Source: Phallusia mammillata
Lineage: Eukaryota
Length of the DNA stretch: 64,000 bases
Assembly: GCA_965637545.1 (NCBI GenBank)
Contig: OZ281495.1
Coordinates: 13,516,001-13,580,000 of the forward strand
Direction: 5' to 3'
Shown: piece by piece, positions 44,601-53,600 of the stretch
How the letters are laid out: every line of letters starts with the position of its first letter
Numbering within the stretch: the first letter of the stretch is position 1
Notes under the pieces: generated by a model
What the model saw: the letters and a program-made list of their open reading frames with translations, nothing else
What the model was told of the DNA's origin: nothing
Databases searched by the model: none
Translations under genes and position numbers: made by a program

Positions 44601-47600
44601 TATCCCCTGTCTTATAAAATGTACAGCCGCAATTACATGGAAAACAAGAAAGGCCTGTAATTATACTTATGTTTGCCGACTACTAAAGTAGAAACTGGTA
44701 GGCTACGAACACAAATAGGTCCTCTCGTGCCACCTTGCGGACAAAATATGTAGTTTTGTTCACTCGAATCAATTCCACTGAAAGTCTTTTTCAAGTCAAA
44801 CACTTTTTACATAATTGTAGTGTCGTTGTTTTTTTAAAGTTACCTAATTACTGGGTCAAATTGTGAAATAAATAACCAAAAAAAAACAGGTAAAAACTTA
44901 CCGGTTTATAAATGAACCTTTCTACAGGAAGTTTTCTTACTACTGGGGTCCAGTTTCCGTTTAGAAATGATTTGTCAGGATGCAAAAAGTTGTTGATCGA
45001 CTCCAGTCTATACCCGGTGCACAAAGATGTTGCAAACAACACAAGAACCAAGACTTTGACTGCCATGACTGTTCGTAGTCAATATTTCAAATGTTATCAA
45101 TGTTTCAGTACTGTTACAAAATCCACATTCAGTAACGTCTGTAGATTGAAAGCGGTCGTTAAACTTTGACTTTAATGAAGTAGCCCATTTGGAAAATCAG
45201 TGGGTTTAGTAACAAGACAATGCTGAACAACCTTGAAAATCTCTATTGCGTTAACTGTTTTTTTTTAATTTTACCTTAGTAACAATTCTGATTTACAACT
45301 CTTGGTTTAGGTCAGTGTTCACTTCTTGCCTAACTTTCCTAAACATGGAAATACGGTTACCGCTACTTGCGAAGTCAAAAAGGACAATTCAGTTTTGCAT
45401 ATAAATGTATTTTTGTCAGTTCTTCGTGCGCACAGAACTACAGCTGTTGCCACAATAAACAAAAGTAGATTTAAGTAGAAGAGAAAATGCCAGACTGTGC
45501 GTAAGCTGACCAACTGAACAAATATGAACAAAACGGCGAAAATGTAAATCGACAAATCAACAACTTTATCAAAAGTTCCGCCCAAACTGTTCGGAACAGT
45601 CGAAACCACCAATTCACTTTTTGTAACTTTTGTCTAATCTACTAACAACTCTAAGCTGATGTTCTCAGAATTTGGAAAATCAACACAAAATTGTATATCC
45701 TGTTGCAAACTATCTTAACAAGAACGTTAAAGGCCAATTAAACATAAGTGAAAGTGTTACCCAATACATACAAATTCTTGAAGTTTCAAAAGTATGCTCT
45801 AAACATCTATTTAGGCCAGGCCATGTTCTTTAACTGACAAACCAAAATATGTGATGCTGGTGACATATATGGATACTATGTTGTACCAAACTTACGTACA
45901 TGGGCTAAGTAAAGTTCATTGATAACCGCACCTAGGCATCCAACGTTTTTACAAGCAAACTTCTAAGCCAACGCAACGAAATCCGATATCGTATAATCCA
46001 GATATCCATTCTATCTACTGGCGTTTGTCACGCAATGCAACCGTACATATAGCACTCACACTCTCCCTATGAAACCCTAACCAAAGCCAATTGCTAAAGC
46101 TTCGAAATCCCGAAAAGCACTCTTACAGACCAAGCTCAATACACAGAAGAAAAATAGTAAGCAAGCAACATAATTAGGGCTTGAAAATAAAAAAAGGTTT
46201 TACTTATCTATTCACTACACGGCTAGCAGCGTACGGGGTTCTTAAATACCTCGAAACTTCCTTATCGTACAACTCAATCTTGCCCTCTCGGTATACACTA
46301 CGATCATGAAGTTGTAAACAGGTTCCCGGGACTAATAGGCGGAAGCACACAAGCAGGCATGTTTGAAAAGTTGCTTAAAACCATGTACGGAATGACGTCA
46401 CCGCCAAAACAGGTACGGTCGTGCGCTCAAAGTGGCTTGCTGTGTTCGACAAGGAGAAGGCGGGATCAACTTGTTAGGGGACAAGCTTTTGGCGTGATTA
46501 ATCCCAGACAAACAAAGCTTATAGTAGAAGAGTTACTGAGGCCGCTCTGTGTTTGCGAAGGAATTACCTGGGCGAAGAAAAAACGTCGAAGACGTAACCC
46601 ATGTGGTCAGGCCTCATTGAACGCGCGCGCCCACCAGAAATCGCTACTTTATAACTGTAAACATGTCTGTTGAAATAATAATTAAGCAAAAATGTGTTGC
46701 CTTTTTTGCAGACAGATAAGGTCTTAGGGAAAAACAAACGGTACATGGAAAAAACAATACCCAGTAAAAGAAACAAATGTTTTGTATGAAGATACTGGCT
46801 TGTATTTTTGCTAGGACTAGAAAACGTGTATTATATAGCTAGACGCGGATTTACAGCCAAGCTGAAATGCGAGTAAAACATTTTTACCAAATACTTTTCT
46901 GGAGGTCAAAAATTTTACGATTGTTGACATTACATAACCACTCATCATCAGTTTTTCTCGATTTTTACGTTCTTGTTGACGAGTCGCATTCCAGTCCATT
47001 CAGGCAATAAAAAGCGAAAATCGTAATACAAACGAAGTCCTCCCAAATCAGGCATCCTGAAAAACAATCGTTGAAGTGGGCACGAGCGGACCAGCTGACC
47101 GCATACTATAGCTATTGTTCGAACACGGAACAATCAACGCAAGTGTGAGGTCACCATCGGAAGTTATTATTCGCGCATCGTGGACACAAAGCACCGTTTA
47201 TGACGTAACAATCGAAAATCGCAGCCTCGGACCACAGGCTGAGCGTGTTTTCCAAAAGTTTATATGACCCGAAGGTCATGAATAAGGCCCTTAAGAACAA
47301 AGTCTCTGCCCGTGAATGTGATCCTAATATAAACCCGAGTAACAGCTGTGTTCGGTTTAATAGTTCGTGGATTGAGAGAGTAATCTTTCCGGGACTGAAT
47401 GTCACCATCTTTACGATTCGAATGATTTGCCAAACAAGGGTTAAACGACTCTTGATTCGAGAAGTTCAGGCACACTAAAAATGCGATGTGCACGTGTATT
47501 GACCAACAAGCTAGATCCCAATTTATCAGTTTTGAGAAACTAACGACAATAATTTCATATAGTGTAGGAACTTATTTTGTCGGACACAAAATTCAGGACC

Positions 47601-50600
47601 ACATTCAATATGATTATTCCGAATATAAATAATAAAAAATCATGACACAAACAGAACAGTTTATGTACCCTTTCCAGAAAATTCTATTCGAGAAATTTGT
47701 GACACAAATTAAGTCCTGGTAAAGCACTTTAGTACATATACTGAACCACTTGCCTATTTCACAAAAACAAATGCAACATCATCTTGTTCGACTTTCTAAG
47801 TTCCAAAAAACTCTTCCCACCTGCAGGCGCATTTACTTAACGACTACCTTCAGTACCAAAATAGTTCCGATCTAAATGCTCTAGGACCACGTAAAAAAAA
47901 CCATACTCGTGCCTGAACTCAAAAAAGTGCAGATTAAGACTCCCAAACAAGGTAATACGCGTTCTAGACCTAGTTTGCGGTGTGAAGTACAACAGGAACG
48001 GGCAGGTGCGGAAATCTAAAAGCCTCAATTATCATCGGTTCATTGTTTGATTGGCGTGTTTGGCTTAACTTCCAAATACCCGTGGTAGTTCGCGAAAGCA
48101 TTGTGCAACGACGAGATGGTGCGGTTTTTCTACAATCGATAATTCCAAGACGATTTGTTTGCTGATGCAAGTCGGTCAAAAGCTTCAGCGGTTTGAGGTT
48201 TTTGATGATGCAAAGTTAGGAATCAAAGGCGCCACGGAGAGCGTCTGTGGCTTGCGGAGGTTTCTTCCTTGCGCCAAATGCTACGTGAAAGTATAGATCG
48301 TGGCACGCGATGTACAATTGCTAAGAATTGTTCGAAATGTCCCATAGCTTCCCAGGGTCCCAATTCCAAACCACCGAACCGCAAACAAAGCCGGGTCCCA
48401 GAAAAGTTCAATAAAATTGAGGTCTCGACCAGGAAAATTTATTGGCAAGTGTTAACTTTGAAAAGCGCAATCACAAGCATTAAACATGATTAGCTACTTT
48501 AAAAACTGGCCCGCATTATCTAGAACAAAATTGACACAAAAGTCTTTTACAAGTCATATTAATATAACTTAAAACGTTTTCTTCAAAATCGCATCGACAC
48601 CCTTCGGTCACAAAATAGGTAAATATAATTCAACGTTAAATCCTGTGTGAGTCAGAAGATTGAAACGTAAAAGCCTATTTGCATAAACAGGTGTGCGTCG
48701 TGGTCTTGAAGGAATATTACAATTTTAGAAATCACCGTATTAAATACAACGCCCTTCATGTCAGTATACTCTTAGTTACTTTAATTTGTAGGGAATAATT
48801 CTGACAATAAGAAATTTCGACATGCTGATGTTCAATGAAAAAACGCACACCTGACAAAACAATGCAAAGTCCACAACTGGATGCTGCACCTAAGAACACA
48901 ATTAACTCTCACGCATGTCTAAACATTGTTCGCCTTCAATAAAAGATCGCCAGATCTCGAGTCTTTTAAATCACTGATATATTCAACTCATCATATTACA
49001 GTCCATCTGGGTTTGAATCAGTCACATATAGTAAGCTCTCTAGGCTGGACAAACACACATCATTACCTTGTCTATAGGCCTTGTTTACAGGTGGGCCACG
49101 AGCCTACTGTTCAAACGCCTTTAATGGCTTTTGCGTAAATATAACGTGCTCCCGGCTCTGACGCCACATATGACCTATAACGAGCTAATTGCTGACCAAA
49201 CAACCGCTATGGTGGAGTATTTTTTTATTCCATTGGTTGTGGTAGGATATTAATATCAAGTTGTAATGGAAACACCAAAGTCCAGATTACATTGTTCTTG
49301 TTCGATGTTCCCAAATGGAACCTAAATCAAAACTATAACTTCCTTACATTACATCCACAAAAGTATGTGTGTATCCTGACGATAGAATAACATCAAGATC
49401 GTAAATATGACACTCAACTACATTAATAACTTGCACACTCAGCCCATGCCCAGAGATTATAACACTTGAAAATTATATTTTTTCGCTTATCTGTTTTCTA
49501 AAACCTGCAAGAAAATCCGTCTACACCAAGTAATACCCTCGGATCAGCAACAATAACTCTAAATGTTAATCTGAGATCGAAGCAGAGTCGTTAAATACGG
49601 GAGGCTGCATCCAGAACACACATAGGCGGCAATTTCCTCCAGTTGTCAAATCAAGAAACCGTCAGCAGGGCACACGACCCGAAGAGGGAGGCAGGTGGTT
49701 CCTCAAGCCACTTCGACCACAGGAATTCTTCGAGGCGAACTTGTTAAAACGCAAAGGAAAGTACACGGAAGGCTAAGCAATGCGATCAAGTGCCAACGAA
49801 AACAGGCCTTGCAGCAAGTGCGTGTTTAATGATTGATGCGCTGCAAGCGAGGATAAAAAGATCAGCTTGAGGAAAGGATGAAAATATGGTGCGGAGGACT
49901 GCCAGACACCGTGCCTACGTGACATACGCATTTCGGGATATTGGGAGAGCATCTGTTCCTGGTTGTGTTTGTGTGTTGGGCGGATTTTGTTTTCGTGTAT
50001 TGCTTGGCGACTAGTGACATGTTTGATGTCGCTTGGTGATGGAAGCGTGTCTATGGAGCAGGTTTTAAGAGCCGACCGCAGACGCGTGGCTTGGGAGTGC
50101 GCAATATTTCATATAAAGACATTCGATATCTTCTTAAAACCTGCAACAGTATTGGGGATGAGTTTTCTTCTTCCATATATGCCGGGACTATAAATCGTTC
50201 TCGGAATCAGCCGGAATGTTTGTTTAAAATTATTTTTTTTCAGAAAAGCATTGCATTGGCTGCCGAGATCTCTGAAAGAAAGATGTATTGACGGCACCAC
50301 CATGGAAATTGTAGACGTCTGGGGTAAGAATAAATAATTCATTTTCCAGACAGCCGCAATTGATTTTCACTTTAGTCAAGAAAACAAGCTGTGGCAAAAT
50401 TCCTCAATTGACGTCAATCGGATTTTGATGGACATCCGCTGAGTTTAATTCAGTTCAAAACATGGAAAACAGTTTTTGCTATGAAACGTTGGAAAAATGT
50501 TTAAAAATGCAAACTTGTTCAACCCTGCATAAATATTTCATGCCGTAATATGAAACGACCAAATGGAAACGAAACAGGAAGGGGGACACGCAAGTTTAAC

Positions 50601-53600
50601 TATATACAACCTATAGTCTGACATCATCCAGCTAAAAAAACATAGACCGCGTCAAAAGATAAACACACAGGCTCAATTACACAGCTGTGCAGGCTGAAAA
50701 ATAACATCATCAAACGCATTCATATACAAGACATCATGCCTCTACCATTGTCGACCTTGAACATATGGCCAGCTCAACAAATGCCTTTATATTTCGGGTG
50801 TTTACGTAAGTGTTGACAGCACTCTAGTGTACATGCGAGCGAAGTAAATTCGTTTCATCTTCTGGGATTAAAATGTCACAGAAATAAATGAAATATTGGA
50901 CTTTACATCTTCGCTTCAGTGTATCGGAATGTAACTATTGGTTTTTACCTGTGACTTTTAGCGCTGTTTTCTGTGTTTATTACTTCAAACGTGCATTATG
51001 TTTTATGATATGATAAACCATTACCCTGTTGAATGTGTCTCATACAGGACGTCGAAACAGCATCAGCTTATTTAGTAACTTTTAAGTCGTCGTTCGTGAA
51101 TTAACAAGCTAAATTGTTCCTTTCTTCATAATATTTACTTTAATGACACATTCTGTCCTTTCTAGGAATAAGAGTTCGCTGCACGGGTAATAACACAGAT
51201 TTTAGCTTACGAATAAGTGTAGGAATCCCAAATCAAACGCTTTACGACTGTACAAACAAGATTTCGAAGAATATACAAATACCGCAAGTACAATGAGACC
51301 ACACAAAAAAGTGTCAAGCCAGGCACGTACATCAATGTGTGACGTTACACTAACCCCGCATGACGCAAGTGAATGAAAAACAGCGGCTTGTGATGAAAGT
51401 ATGGGGGCACGTCGGCGTCCTAATATACGTCTTACAGATGACAGTCAACACCATGACTAAGTCTTCCTGATCAAGTACCAAGCTAAACTGGGATCACGCC
51501 GGCTGCTCTGGTGCTAAAATTGGACCAAGTGTCTGGTTTCAGAAGCTCAGACCAATACAGTCCACATTCTAATACAACAAGTCATCGGGCATGATTGGGC
51601 ATTTTCAAAGTTAATAGGGATGTTGTGTAACGGCAGTAGCTGACAAGCCAGTGGGTGTACTTGGACAGCTTAAAACAGCGGTTTAGTAACTACGCCTGCA
51701 GATACAAATAACAATACAAGCATCTTTTTGGCTTGATATCCCCTAAACCGGTGTGGACGAACTTTATTGATTTGGGATCATGGAAGTATATGTATTGCAG
51801 GCCACATAGACATGCACGCTTAGCATGTTTTAATTTGGGTTCATGTGGACACAATGCTGACCATTAATGGAATACGATTCCGTACTGCGGCCGTCGAAAG
51901 GGAAAATGATGTGCGAACCAGTTTTAGAATAATATTACAATTTTGGTATCTCGGTATTCATTTGTGCCTACTTGCAGTGACTATACGCAAAAAATGCTTA
52001 CCTCATGAAAATGCTCATTTATATATATGCTTACATATAAAAAATGCTTATATATTTATATATATTTCACGGGGTTCGAACCCAGGACACCCCTGGGGAC
52101 GAATCCCGATCAGGTTTTTGGGCCAGGCGCTACAGGCCATTCAGCCAAGTTCCTGTCCATGTGAGTATATATGAACAACACTGGAAAATTAAACTGATGT
52201 TCAACTCCACCCAGCGGCGGGTGTCGTATTTAAGTATTGGCACGTGGTTTCAGAGCTGACGTCATGAAGCAAAAATACAAGTAAACTTGACCACAACTGC
52301 CACGAACGTGTTTGGCACCGGTAGTATATTTCAGAACTTAAACGGAAGTGCGGTCATTAACGGAAATGAGTAGGAAACAGTTTGACAGGTTTTATAATTA
52401 CCGGGATCCGCCCAGATTTACCTGTGTGTAATTATATGAAATACAGAGATGTTTTGCCACAGACCATTAAAGATCACATCAGCTTTGGATGAAGTTTCAA
52501 AGCACTGATTTATGTTGAACCCATTGTCATTTTGACTACATTAAGTACAGAAACTTCTTTTTTTTCCTTTATTGCTTCCTGCGGTTGTTTAAATATATCG
52601 TGAAAACAAATAAACGTAATCAAACCTGAAATTTACGTTTACGAGAATTTTTTGCTGAAACTTAGTAGCTCTGGAGGTGGTTGGTAAATGCCATGCCGAA
52701 CATCTCGTAAAGTATTACATATATTAGACTTTCGTTTCTAAGCATTCTTTTTTGTTGGCAACAATTTCATCTTAATTTCCAGGAAGGTTATACCTAAAGG
52801 TCGTGATATTTGCAACGCAGCAAAATGCTATCGCCTTTATTAAATCTCGGTTATTTATGGCAATTTGTAGGAAAGACGGACGTTGGATTCCATTAATCAC
52901 TCGGCGCCGATTTTTCAATTCAGGACTTGTTTGCATTCTGGGGAGCGTCTCCTTCAGAAACGCGAATTTGCCCTTGTATGTGTAAACGGTTTAGTTGGTA
53001 TCTTGAACTTTAGCATCCGGCAGTTTGGAAGTAAGTTAAATACGACAGTGCTATACCATCTCGGTTTGTAAGTATGGAAAAGAATTTAGAAACAAACAGA
53101 AGTATAGCAGATCTAAACAAAGTTTTTCAACATAACTTTTTTTATTATCGATTGTAAATACCTTCAGACTCATTTTATTAGAGAACAATACGGTGAAAAA
53201 CAAACTTATTTATCGCCTTACTATCAACTGAGCAATACAACCACCTGAAGGAGTAGCTTAACCCTGATAGTATTTATGTTTCTGTGTATAGTATGGAGCC
53301 TGTAAGCAGTGGGTACAAACGTGAACTTTTAGGCAACCGCCATGTAAATATGCACACGACCGTGCTGGAGCCGTAAAACTTTATTCTTGGCGTCGGAGTG
53401 GTGCTTGAATAGTCTGACCACCTTTTAACAATTTACGGGTCGCCACAGCAAAGGGCGGACAACCCGTAGGAGAACAAATAGCAAACAGTAACCAGAAACT
53501 GTATAACTTATGTTGGATGTTAAAAAATATATTTCCATTGTAAAAAAATGTTTAACTTTATTGATTGTCGCAAATGCTTTGTAAATCAACAGATATGTCC

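Noticed and set aside
45319-45612. Hydrophobic 97-aa ORF just upstream of SP2
   Set aside because: T-rich composition explains the F/L/V content, and no strong splice link was found.
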